Shown piece after piece: positions 1-10,365 of a DNA stretch of 44,314 nucleotides (the stretch's first letter is position 1; each line of letters begins with the position of its first letter). The DNA lies in contig CAZIXQ010000003.1 of NCBI GenBank assembly GCA_964543155.1, positions 1-44,314 on the forward strand, written 5' to 3'. The position numbers and the translations under genes were made by a program. The notes beneath the pieces were generated by a model. That model did no database searches. It saw only the letters and a list, made by a program, of their open reading frames with translations, and was not told the DNA's origin. Source of the DNA: an uncultured Enterobacteriaceae bacterium. GTDB lineage: Bacteria; Pseudomonadota; Gammaproteobacteria; Burkholderiales; SG8-39.

Positions 1-1
1 T

Positions 2-1876
<1,875 letters not shown>

Positions 1877-1886
1877 GGCGCGCCTC

Positions 1887-2354
<468 letters not shown>

Positions 2355-2641
2355 TGAATCCTCCTTCGGTTCCGGTGCAGGTCCTGGTTTGAGTTGGTCT
2401 TCTCGTCGGAGCGCGCGCTCCGCGGGTGCGCAGGCAGGTCGGTCGGTCGTGCGGCGAAGGTCCTCCTCGCGGTGCTGCGCCCTGGATTGGAATGGCGCGC
2501 CGGAGCGGCGCGCTCGAGTCAGGCCGGGAATGCTAGCCCATGGCCATGACCGAGGCAACCGAGCGGAGGCCGCGCGGGGTTTGCAGACCGCGGGCCGCGC
2601 CCGCACCTACGCCAGGGCGTGACGCGGTGCGGCGAGGCGCC

Positions 2642-2647
2642 TAGAAT
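2642..2647 (+). promoter_or_regulatory. Candidate sigma70 -10 hexamer TAGAAT upstream of the xdhC-family gene
   Basis: An isolated AT-rich hexamer in the 322-nt cox/xdhC divergent region, 29 nt before ATG 2677. Confidence 0.45.
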
Positions 2648-2676
2648 GCGGGCAACGACCCTTGGGGAAGCGCGTT

Positions 2677-3687
2677 ATGGACAGCGTGGATCTGGAAGTC
2701 ATCAAGGCCGCGGTGAACTGGACCGAGGCCGGGCACGGCGCGACGATCGGAACGGTCACGCGCACTTGGGGCTCGGCCCCGCGACCGGTGGGCGCGATGC
2801 TCGTCATCCGGGACGACGGCCACGTCATCGGGTCGGTTTCGGGCGGCTGCGTCGAGGACGACCTGATCACGAAGGTCAAGAGCCACCAGCTCGCCTCCGG
2901 CAGGCCGCAGACCGCGACCTACGGGGTCACCGAGGAGGAGGCGCGGCGCTACGGCCTGCCGTGCGGGGGCACCCTGCAGATCGTCCTCGAGCCGCTCGGC
3001 AAGGGCTCCAAGCTGCGCGAGCTGCTCGAGACGATCGAGCGCCACGAGCTCGTCGCGCGCTTCCTCGACATGGAGACCGGCGCGGTGCGTCTGCAGCCCG
3101 GGAAGTGGTCGGACGCGCTCGAGTTCGACGACAAGGTCCTCAAGACCGTCCACGGCCCGCGCTGGCGGCTGCTCGTGATCGGCGCCGGGCAGACGAGCAG
3201 GTATCTCGCGCAGATGGCGATGGCGCTCGACTACCACGTGACCGTCTGCGACCCGCGGGAGGAGTACGCCGAGGAATGGGACGTCGCCGGCGCGACGCTG
3301 GTGCGCGGGTATCCGGACGATGCGGTGGTGTCGATGAACCCCGACCCGCACATGGCCGTCGTCGCCGTGACGCACGACCCGAAGCTGGACGATGCCGCGC
3401 TGCTCGAGGCGCTCAAATCCCCGTGCTTCTACGTCGGGGCGCTCGGGTCGAAGAAGAACAACGACGCGCGCCGCAAGCGGCTCGCCGGCTTCGACCTCGC
3501 CGAGGCCGAGATCGCGCGCCTGCACGGCCCGGTCGGCCTCAAGATCGGCGCCAAGACGCCGCCCGAGATCGCAGTCGCGATCCTCGCCGAGATGACCGCG
3601 GTGCGCCGCGGGGTGAAGATCGGCGAGGCGCTGGTCCAGCCGGCGAGCGATTTCGCTCCCTCGAGCTGCGCGGTTCCGCCGGGTTGA
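2677..3687 (+). CDS. XdhC/CoxI-family molybdoenzyme maturation (accessory) protein
   Basis: Track ORF 2662..3687. The sequence MDSVDLEVIKAAVNW...GSAPRPVGAMLVI..DG...GSVSGGCVE and the Rossmann-like LLVIGAGQTSRYLA are typical of XdhC N- and C-domains. I prefer ATG 2677 (GGGGAA upstream) over TTG 2662. Confidence 0.85.
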   Translation: MDSVDLEVIKAAVNWTEAGHGATIGTVTRTWGSAPRPVGAMLVIRDDGHVIGSVSGGCVEDDLITKVKSHQLASGRPQTATYGVTEEEARRYGLPCGGTLQIVLEPLGKGSKLRELLETIERHELVARFLDMETGAVRLQPGKWSDALEFDDKVLKTVHGPRWRLLVIGAGQTSRYLAQMAMALDYHVTVCDPREEYAEEWDVAGATLVRGYPDDAVVSMNPDPHMAVVAVTHDPKLDDAALLEALKSPCFYVGALGSKKNNDARRKRLAGFDLAEAEIARLHGPVGLKIGAKTPPEIAVAILAEMTAVRRGVKIGEALVQPASDFAPSSCAVPPG

Positions 3688-4274
3688 GCGCCGCGGTCCG
3701 CCCGGACCGCATCGTCGGCATCCTGCTCGCCGGCGGATCGGCCCGGCGCTTCGGCGCCGACAAGCTCCTCCATCGGCTCCCGGACGGCGTGCCGATCGCC
3801 GTCGCGGCCGCGCGCAACCTCGCCGCCGCGCTCGCGCGGGTGGTCGCGGTCGTGAGGCCAGGGGCGCCCGAGCTCGAGCGCGCGCTGCGCGACGCGGGCA
3901 CCGAGGTCACCGTCTGTCCGAACGCTGCGGAGGGCATGGGGGCCACGCTCGCGCACGCGGTGCGTGCGGCGGGCGCCGCGGACGGGTGGGTGGTCGCGCT
4001 CGCCGACATGCCGTTCGTCGATCCCGCGTCGATCCGCCGCGTCGCGGCGGCGATCGCCGGCGGCGCGGCCATCGCCGCGCCGGACTACCGCGGCGAGCGC
4101 GGGCACCCGGTGGGGTTTGCGGGCGCGTACCGCGAAGCGCTCGAGCGGCTCACGGGCGACGCGGGCGCGCGCGAGATCGTCAAGGCCGATGCGGGCGCGG
4201 TGGTACGCGTCGCAGTGGACGATCCGGGCGTCGTGCGGGACATCGACACGCCCGCCGACCTCGCGCGCGGCTGA
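3684..4274 (+). CDS. mocA: MobA/MocA-like nucleotidyltransferase, probable molybdenum cofactor cytidylyltransferase
   Basis: C-terminal part of track ORF 2619..4274. From the in-frame TTG at 3684 (TTGA overlap with the xdhC stop) it reads LSAAVRPDRIVGILLAGGSARRFGADKLL, the LAGGxxxRxG loop of this family. ADMPFV and ERGHPVGF come later. The start codon choice is uncertain. Confidence 0.7.
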   Translation: MSAAVRPDRIVGILLAGGSARRFGADKLLHRLPDGVPIAVAAARNLAAALARVVAVVRPGAPELERALRDAGTEVTVCPNAAEGMGATLAHAVRAAGAADGWVVALADMPFVDPASIRRVAAAIAGGAAIAAPDYRGERGHPVGFAGAYREALERLTGDAGAREIVKADAGAVVRVAVDDPGVVRDIDTPADLARG

Positions 4275-4284
4275 GGGCACGATC

Positions 4285-4290
4285 TAGAAT
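4285..4290 (+). promoter_or_regulatory. Candidate sigma70 -10 hexamer TAGAAT (within TAGAATCCGGC) ending 5 nt before the HtrA-family ATG
   Basis: CTAGAATCCGGCATG. No SD lies between the mocA stop (4274) and ATG 4296. Confidence 0.4.
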
Positions 4291-4295
4291 CCGGC

Positions 4296-5654
4296 ATGGC
4301 TCTCCGCTTCGCCCTGGGGGGGTGGGCGCTCGGCTGGGCGCTCGCGGTCTCCGCGCAGACGGCGCTCCCTGGCGCCGTCGACGGCCAGCCCCTGCCGACG
4401 CTCGCGCCGATGCTCGCGCGCGTCACGCCGGCCGTCGTCAACATCGCGGTCGTGGCGCGTGCGCCGATGGAGGCCAACCCCCTCCTGCGCGATCCGTTCT
4501 TCCGCCGGTTTTTCGGTGTGCCCGACCAGCCGCAACAGGGCCAGCTGTCCGCCGGCTCCGGCGTGATCGTCGATGCTGCGCGCGGCCTGGTGGTGACCAA
4601 CCACCACGTCGTCAAGGACGCGCAGGAGATCGTCGTCGGGACCAAGGACCGGCGCGTGTTCAAGGCCCAGCTCGTCGGGAGCGACCCGGGAACCGACGTC
4701 GCGCTGCTGCGCATCCCTGCCGAGGCCCTCACCGCGATCCCGTTTGCCGACTCGGACAAGGTGAACGTCGGGGACTTCGTGGTCGCGATCGGCAACCCGT
4801 TCGGGATCGGCCAGACGGTGACCTCCGGCATCGTCAGCGCCGTGGGACGCAGCGGACTCAGCATGGAAGGCTACGAGGAGTTCATCCAGACCGATGCCTC
4901 CATCAACCCGGGAAACTCCGGCGGCGCGCTCGTGAACCTGCGCGGGGAGCTGGTCGGGATCAACTCGGCGATCTTCGGCCCCGGCGCCAACATCGGCATC
5001 GGATTCGCGGTGCCGATCAACATGGCGCGCGCGGTGATCGACCAGATCCTGCGCTTCGGCGAGGTGCGGCGCGGGCGGCTCGGCGTGACGACCCAGGACG
5101 TCACGCCGACCGTCGCGAAGGAGCTGGGCCTCGCCGTGACCGAGGGCGCGGTGGTGCAGAAGGTCGAGCCCGGCTCGACCGCCGAGCAGGCGGGGCTGCG
5201 CCCGCGCGACGTCGTGGTCGCCACCAACGGGCGACCGGTCCGCAGCGCCGGCGAGCTGCGCAATCGCATCGGGCTCACGCCGGTGGGCGAGGAGGTCGAC
5301 ATGACGGTGCTGCGCGACGGCCGGCCGCAGCGCTTGCGCGCGCGCATCGGGGAGCCATTCCAGGTGACCGCCCTCGCGGGCGAGGCGGTGCCGCAGCTTG
5401 CGGGCGCACGCGTCGCCGACCTCGCGCCGGGCATGCCGCTCTACGGGCAGGTCGAGGCGGTCATCGTGGCCTCGGTCGAGGCGTCGAGCAGCGCGTTCCG
5501 CAACGGCCTGCGCGCGGGCGACCTGATCTACGGCGTCAACCGGGTACGCGTGCGCACCGTCAAGGACTTCTTCGAGGTGCTGCGCGCTGCCGAGTCGCCG
5601 CTGCGGATCTCTCTGCTGCGCGGCGACAACCGCATCACGCTCATCATCCGCTGA
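4296..5654 (+). CDS. Periplasmic HtrA-family serine endoprotease (DegP/DegQ/MucD type) with two PDZ domains
   Basis: Signal peptide MALRFALGGWALGWALAVSAQ. The catalytic triad contexts are TNHHVV, DVALLRI and GNSGGALVN. The C-terminal half is PDZ-like. Confidence 0.93.
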   Translation: MALRFALGGWALGWALAVSAQTALPGAVDGQPLPTLAPMLARVTPAVVNIAVVARAPMEANPLLRDPFFRRFFGVPDQPQQGQLSAGSGVIVDAARGLVVTNHHVVKDAQEIVVGTKDRRVFKAQLVGSDPGTDVALLRIPAEALTAIPFADSDKVNVGDFVVAIGNPFGIGQTVTSGIVSAVGRSGLSMEGYEEFIQTDASINPGNSGGALVNLRGELVGINSAIFGPGANIGIGFAVPINMARAVIDQILRFGEVRRGRLGVTTQDVTPTVAKELGLAVTEGAVVQKVEPGSTAEQAGLRPRDVVVATNGRPVRSAGELRNRIGLTPVGEEVDMTVLRDGRPQRLRARIGEPFQVTALAGEAVPQLAGARVADLAPGMPLYGQVEAVIVASVEASSSAFRNGLRAGDLIYGVNRVRVRTVKDFFEVLRAAESPLRISLLRGDNRITLIIR

Positions 5655-5931
5655 CGCGCGCCGCCGGCGGCCACCACGCCTCGAGCGCGCCGGCGACCGG
5701 CGACTCGACCACGAACCGCGCATCATCGCGCGCCGCCTCGACGACGGTCGGTCCGTCGCGCTCGACGCGGAAGCTGGCGCCGGCGTCCACGAAGTGATCC
5801 TTGCGGTCCTGGTCCTGGGTGATCCAGAGCCGCCCGGCGAGGACGCGGACCCGCGCGCCGCGCGCGTCCTGCAGGGTGAGCGCGGTCCCGCGCGCGAGGG
5901 CGAGGAGGGCGGTGGTGGCCTTGATATACAT
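5644..5931 (-). CDS. Small hypothetical protein, DUF2917-like
   Basis: A 95-aa ORF with GGGAG 7 nt upstream of the ATG. The RLWITQDQDRKDHFV segment and the divergent pairing with a LysR gene match my memory of DUF2917 proteins. This rests on memory only. Confidence 0.55.
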   Translation of the reverse strand: MYIKATTALLALARGTALTLQDARGARVRVLAGRLWITQDQDRKDHFVDAGASFRVERDGPTVVEAARDDARFVVESPVAGALEAWWPPAARVSG

Positions 5932-6070
5932 CGTCTTGCTCCCGATAATGCGTTCCGGTCATGCATCCGGCGCTGTGCGGAGCGCGGCGCCGTGGGCTGC
6001 AGTGTCGCCAACGTCGGGGCGCGCGGCAAACGAGGTGTCGGCATGACATGGATGAGGAACGGGAATCCAT

Positions 6071-7015
6071 ATGGCCACGCGCGACCTGCCGTCGCTCGAC
6101 CTGCTGAAGGGCTTCGAGGCCGCCGCGCGGCACCTGTCCTTCACCAAGGCGGGCGAGGAGCTGTACCTCACCCAGTCCGCGATCAGCCGGCAGGTCCAGG
6201 CGCTCGAGGCGCAGCTCGGCGTGCAGCTCTTCCAGCGCCGCATCCGCGCGCTGCTGCTCACCGACGAGGGGCAGCGCTACTTCAAGGCGGTGCGCTCGGC
6301 GCTCGATGACCTGCGGGCGGCGACGCTGTCGGTGCGCGCCGGAAAGTCGAGCGCCGCCCTCACGGTCGCCACCACCGTGTCCTTTGCATCGCTCTGGCTG
6401 GTTCCGCGGCTCGCCCGGTTCCAGTCGAGCCACCCCGGGATCCAGGTGCGGCTCGTGGCCGACAACCGCATCCAGGACCTCGAGCGGGACCGCATCGACG
6501 TCGCGGTGCGCTACTGCCCGCCGGCCATGGCGGGGCCCGGCGCGGTGCGGCTCTTCGGCGTGCGCGTGCTGCCGGTCGCGAGTCCCGAGGTCTGTCGCGC
6601 CGCGCGGCTCAAGGAGCCCGCAGACCTCGCGCGCTGCGTGCTGCTCGAGTACGACGACGCCGAGCGCACCCCGTGGCTGACGTGGCGCGTGTGGTTCGAG
6701 ACGATGCGCGCGCCGATGCCGAAGCCCGCCGGCATGGTGCGGTTCAGCCAGCCCGACCAGGTGATCCACGCAGCGGTGGCGGGACAGGGCGTCGCCCTCG
6801 GGAGCGTCCCGCTCGCCAACGAGCTGCTGCGTTCCGGGCGGCTGGTCGCCCCGTTCGGGCGCCGTCTGACTTCGCCGGGGCTTGCGCGCGCGTACTACGC
6901 GATCGTGGCGCCGCGAGCCGCCGATCGACCTGCGGCGCAGGCGTTCGTGGGGTGGCTACGTGGCGCGGTGGAACCCGGCGGCAGTCCGAAACCGAGAGGG
7001 GGGAAGGAGCAGTGA
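6071..7015 (+). CDS. LysR-family transcriptional regulator (GcvA-like)
   Basis: N-terminal wHTH FEAAARHLSFTKAGEELYLTQSAISRQVQALE, followed by a LysR substrate-binding-type C-terminal half. Confidence 0.92.
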   Translation: MATRDLPSLDLLKGFEAAARHLSFTKAGEELYLTQSAISRQVQALEAQLGVQLFQRRIRALLLTDEGQRYFKAVRSALDDLRAATLSVRAGKSSAALTVATTVSFASLWLVPRLARFQSSHPGIQVRLVADNRIQDLERDRIDVAVRYCPPAMAGPGAVRLFGVRVLPVASPEVCRAARLKEPADLARCVLLEYDDAERTPWLTWRVWFETMRAPMPKPAGMVRFSQPDQVIHAAVAGQGVALGSVPLANELLRSGRLVAPFGRRLTSPGLARAYYAIVAPRAADRPAAQAFVGWLRGAVEPGGSPKPRGGKEQ

Positions 7016-8838
7016 GGACGCACCCGCCGATCCGCTACCGCATCCAGCCGCGCCGTCCCGAGGCGCATCGCTTCGAGGTCACGTGCACCGTCGCCGACCC
7101 GGATCCCGCGGGGCAACGCTTCGCGCTGCCGGCGTGGATCCCGGGCAGTTACATGATCCGGGAGTTCGCCAAGCACGTGGTCGCGATCCACGCGGAATGC
7201 GGGAGCGCCGCCGTGCCGCTCGCGAAGGTCGACAAGCACACCTGGCGCGCGGCGCCGTGCCGGGGGCCGCTCACGGTCACCGCCGAGGTCTACGCGTGGG
7301 ACCTCTCGGTGCGCGGCGCGCATCTCGATACGACACACGGCTTCTTCAATGGCACATCGGTCTTCCTGTGCGCGCTCGGCAAGGAAGACCGGCCGTGCGA
7401 AGTGGAGATCCTCCCGCCGCCCGGGCGCGGCTACGCGCGCTGGCGGGTGGCCACGTCGCTTGCGCGCGCCGGAGCGCGCCCCTTCGGCTTCGGGGCCTAC
7501 GCGGCGGAGGACTACGACGAGCTGATCGACCACCCGGTCGAGATGGGAACGTTCGCGCACGCGGCCTTCAGCGTCCACGGCGTGCCCCACGAGATCGCGA
7601 TCACCGGGCGCCAGCGCTGCGACCTCGAGCGCCTCGCGCGCGACCTGAAGCGCGTGTGCGAGCAGCACCTGCGCTTGTTCGGCGGCCCGCCGCCGATGGA
7701 CCGGTACGTCTTCCTCGTCACCGCGCTCGGCGAGGGCTACGGCGGGCTCGAGCACCGCGCCTCGACCGCGCTCGTGTGCAGCCGCGACGACCTGCCGCAG
7801 CCCGGCGTCAAGGCGGCGACCGAGGGCTATCGCACCTTCCTCGGGCTCGCGAGCCACGAGTACTTCCACGCCTGGAACGTGAAGCGCATCAAGCCGCAGG
7901 CCTTCACGCCGTACGCGCTCGACCGCGAGAACTACACCACGGCGCTGTGGGCGTTCGAAGGGATCACGTCGTACTACGACGACCTCGCGCTCGTGCGCTG
8001 CGGGTTGATGACGCCGGAGCACTATCTGGAAGGCCTCGGTCGCGCGATCACGCAGCTCCTGCGCACCCCCGGGCGGCGGCGCCAGACGCTCGCCGAGTCG
8101 AGCTGGGACGCGTGGATCAAGTACTACCGCCAGGACGAGAATGCCCCGAACGCGATCGTCAGCTACTACGGCAAGGGCAGCCTCGTCGCGCTCTGCGCCG
8201 ATCTGATGATCCGCGGCCGGACCGGCGGACGCCGCTCGCTCGACGACGTGATGCGCGCGCTGTGGCGCCGCTACGGGAAGCCCGGCGTCGGCGTGCCCGA
8301 GGACGGCGTCGAGCGCCTCGCCGAGGAGGTGACCGGCGTGAAGCTGCGGACGTTCTTCGACCGCGCGCTGCGGTCGACCGCGGAACTGCCGCTCGAGTCG
8401 ATGCTCGCGACCGTCGGAGTGGACGTCGAAGTCCGCCCGGCCGAGTCGGCGGGCGACCGCGGGGGGCGCCCGGCGGCGACGGGCGCGCCCGCCCTCGCCG
8501 AGCGGGCCACGCTGGGCGCGCGCACCGCGGGCGAAGGCGGCGAGCTCAAGCTCACGCACGTCTTCGACGGCGGCCCGGCGCAGGCGGCCGGCCTGGCCCC
8601 GGGCGACGTATTGTTCGCACTGGACGGGCTGCGCGCCACGCCGAAGACGATCGAGTCGCTGCTCGGTCGCCATCGGCCCGGCGACACGGTGCGCGTGCAT
8701 GCGTTCCGGCGCGACGAGCTGCTCGAGCTCGAGGTCCGGCTCGCCGCGCCGGCGCCCGACACGTGTTGCCTGCGCTTTCAGAAGGCGCCCGGCGCCGGCG
8801 CGCTGCGGCTGCGCCGCGGCTGGCTCGACGGGAAGTGA
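7012..8838 (+). CDS. M61-family (glycyl aminopeptidase-like) zinc metallopeptidase with C-terminal PDZ domain
   Basis: Part of track ORF 6673..8838. The in-frame GTG at 7012 overlaps the lysR stop (GTGA) and is preceded by the purine-rich GAGAGGGGGGAAGGAG. The N-terminus (V)RTHPPIRYRIQPRRPEAHRFEV is typical of M61. The HExxH motif is HEYFHAWN. PDZ-like GPAQAAGLAPGDVLFALDG lies near the C-terminus. Confidence 0.85.
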   Translation: MRTHPPIRYRIQPRRPEAHRFEVTCTVADPDPAGQRFALPAWIPGSYMIREFAKHVVAIHAECGSAAVPLAKVDKHTWRAAPCRGPLTVTAEVYAWDLSVRGAHLDTTHGFFNGTSVFLCALGKEDRPCEVEILPPPGRGYARWRVATSLARAGARPFGFGAYAAEDYDELIDHPVEMGTFAHAAFSVHGVPHEIAITGRQRCDLERLARDLKRVCEQHLRLFGGPPPMDRYVFLVTALGEGYGGLEHRASTALVCSRDDLPQPGVKAATEGYRTFLGLASHEYFHAWNVKRIKPQAFTPYALDRENYTTALWAFEGITSYYDDLALVRCGLMTPEHYLEGLGRAITQLLRTPGRRRQTLAESSWDAWIKYYRQDENAPNAIVSYYGKGSLVALCADLMIRGRTGGRRSLDDVMRALWRRYGKPGVGVPEDGVERLAEEVTGVKLRTFFDRALRSTAELPLESMLATVGVDVEVRPAESAGDRGGRPAATGAPALAERATLGARTAGEGGELKLTHVFDGGPAQAAGLAPGDVLFALDGLRATPKTIESLLGRHRPGDTVRVHAFRRDELLELEVRLAAPAPDTCCLRFQKAPGAGALRLRRGWLDGK

Positions 8839-8852
8839 CCGGCCGCGCCGGT

Positions 8853-9599
8853 TCAGGTCTGCGTCAGCTTGACGATCGCCACCGAGACGTTGTCGCCGCG
8901 CCCCTTCGCGCGCGCGCGCGCGATGCTGATGAGGGTCTCGGCCGCCTTGCGCGGCGGGAGCGTCGCGAGCGCCTTGCCGATCTCGGCGTCGCTGAAGTAG
9001 TCCCAGAGCCCGTCGGAGCACAGCAGGAACGTGTCGTTTGCCGCGAGCGGCGCCGTCGCACCGAAGTTCGGCACCGGCGTCTCGGAGTGTCCGAGCGCCT
9101 GGAGGAGCAGGTTGCGGTTCGGGTGCTTGTGCCGGTCCTGCTCGCGCCACTGGCCCTCGTCGATCTGCTGCTGCACGTAGGAGTGGTCCTTCGTGCGGCT
9201 CCTGAGCGTCGCGCCGTTGAAGTGGTAGAGCCGGCTGTCGCCCACCCAGCCCCAGTCCACGCGGTCGGGCTGCAGGATCATCGCGACGAACGTGCTGTGC
9301 GGTTCCTCCTCGGTGAGGACGCGGTTCAGGCGGATGACGGTGTGCGCCTCGAACGCGATCTGACGCAGGAGCTCCTGCGGCGACTCGGTCTTGGGCGAGA
9401 AGTTCTCGAACAGGTTCAGGCCGGTGCCGATCACCTGCTCGGCCGCCGCGGCGCCGCCCTTGTAGCCGCCCGCACCGTCGGCGAGGATCACCAGCGCGGT
9501 GCCCTTGAGCTTCTTGCTCGGGATGATCGCGACGCGGTCCTGCTGCTCGGTCCGGTCGCCGAGGTGCTGGCCGGTGGTGGCGTCGAGGGATACGGGCAT
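8853..9599 (-). CDS. PP2C-family protein serine/threonine phosphatase
   Basis: GDRTEQQDRV, ILADGAGG, VGDSRLY, LLCSDGLWDY and GDNVSVAIV are the conserved PPM/PP2C metal-binding blocks. Confidence 0.9.
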   Translation of the reverse strand: MPVSLDATTGQHLGDRTEQQDRVAIIPSKKLKGTALVILADGAGGYKGGAAAAEQVIGTGLNLFENFSPKTESPQELLRQIAFEAHTVIRLNRVLTEEEPHSTFVAMILQPDRVDWGWVGDSRLYHFNGATLRSRTKDHSYVQQQIDEGQWREQDRHKHPNRNLLLQALGHSETPVPNFGATAPLAANDTFLLCSDGLWDYFSDAEIGKALATLPPRKAAETLISIARARAKGRGDNVSVAIVKLTQT

Positions 9600-9716
9600 G
9601 GTGCGCGGGCGTCGCGAGTGCGTCGGGACGATAAACTAACGGCGCGGCTGCCGCTCGCGCCGCGGGCCGTGCGCGGGCACTATTGCCTGTAGGCGGCCCC
9701 GCGACGCGCCGAACAC

Positions 9717-10343
9717 GTGACCACCTTCCTCATCATCCGACACGGCGAGACCGACTGGAACGTCGCCGGCCGGCTCCAGGGCTGGCGCGACAGCCCGCTC
9801 TCCGCCGCAGGGCGGGCCCAGGCGAGCGCGGTGGCCGAGCGGCTCGCGGGCGAAGCGATCGACGCGCTGGTGGCGAGCGACCTCGGGCGCACGCAGGCCA
9901 CCGCGGCGCCGATTGCCGCGGGGCTGGGACTCGAGATCGAGTCCGACCCGCGCCTGCGCGAGCGCTGCTACGGCGTGCTCGAGGGCCTGACCTGGGCCGA
10001 GATCGAGCAGCACCACGCCGAGGCCTACCAGCGGCTCATCGCGCGCGACCAGGACTACGGCGTGCAGGAGGGCGAGACCGGCATCCAGTTCCGCAACCGG
10101 ATCTTCGACGCCTTCGAGCGGCTCGCCGCGCTGCACGGCGGGGCGCGTGTCGCGGTGGTCACCCACGGCGGCGTGCTCGGGATCGTGTACCGGCGCGCGC
10201 ACGGGATCGCGCTCGAGATGCCGCGCACCTTTGCGGTGCCGAACGCGGCGCTCAACCGCGTGCGGATCGAGGGGCGCAAGTGGACAGTCGAGGACTGGGC
10301 CGACGTCGCCCACCTGCCCGCCGGCGCGCTGGACGACGAGTAG
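9717..10343 (+). CDS. Histidine phosphatase family protein (phosphoglycerate-mutase-like)
   Basis: GTG start. LIIRHGETDWN (catalytic RHG) and VVTHGGV (second His) are present. Confidence 0.88.
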   Translation: MTTFLIIRHGETDWNVAGRLQGWRDSPLSAAGRAQASAVAERLAGEAIDALVASDLGRTQATAAPIAAGLGLEIESDPRLRERCYGVLEGLTWAEIEQHHAEAYQRLIARDQDYGVQEGETGIQFRNRIFDAFERLAALHGGARVAVVTHGGVLGIVYRRAHGIALEMPRTFAVPNAALNRVRIEGRKWTVEDWADVAHLPAGALDDE

Positions 10344-10365
10344 CCGGAGCGGGGACAATCGCCGG

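Noticed and set aside
2492-2536. 14-codon plus-strand ORF ([14 protein letters not shown]) in the cox/xdhC intergenic region
   Set aside because: It has no SD. It overlaps the GC hairpin at 2495-2513. A short Arg/Gly/Ala-rich peptide of this kind is expected by chance.
8838-8852. Hairpin ACCGGC-CGC-GCCGGT filling the 14-nt gap between the convergent M61 and PP2C stop codons
   Set aside because: It has a 6-bp stem, a 3-nt loop and no U-tract on either strand. It may stabilise 3' ends, but it is too small to call a terminator.
9601-9678. 10-nt direct repeat GTGCGCGGGC at 9601-9610 and 9669-9678 in the PP2C / histidine-phosphatase divergent region
   Set aside because: It is a short, GC-only repeat, which is easily produced by chance at this composition. 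There is no dyad symmetry or third copy, so I cannot support a regulatory call.
6882-9692. 936-aa plus-strand and 751-aa minus-strand ORFs (6895..9150) spanning the M61 and PP2C genes
   Set aside because: These are alternative-frame or antisense artefacts. The M61 frame (HEYFH, PDZ) and the PP2C frame explain the region completely.
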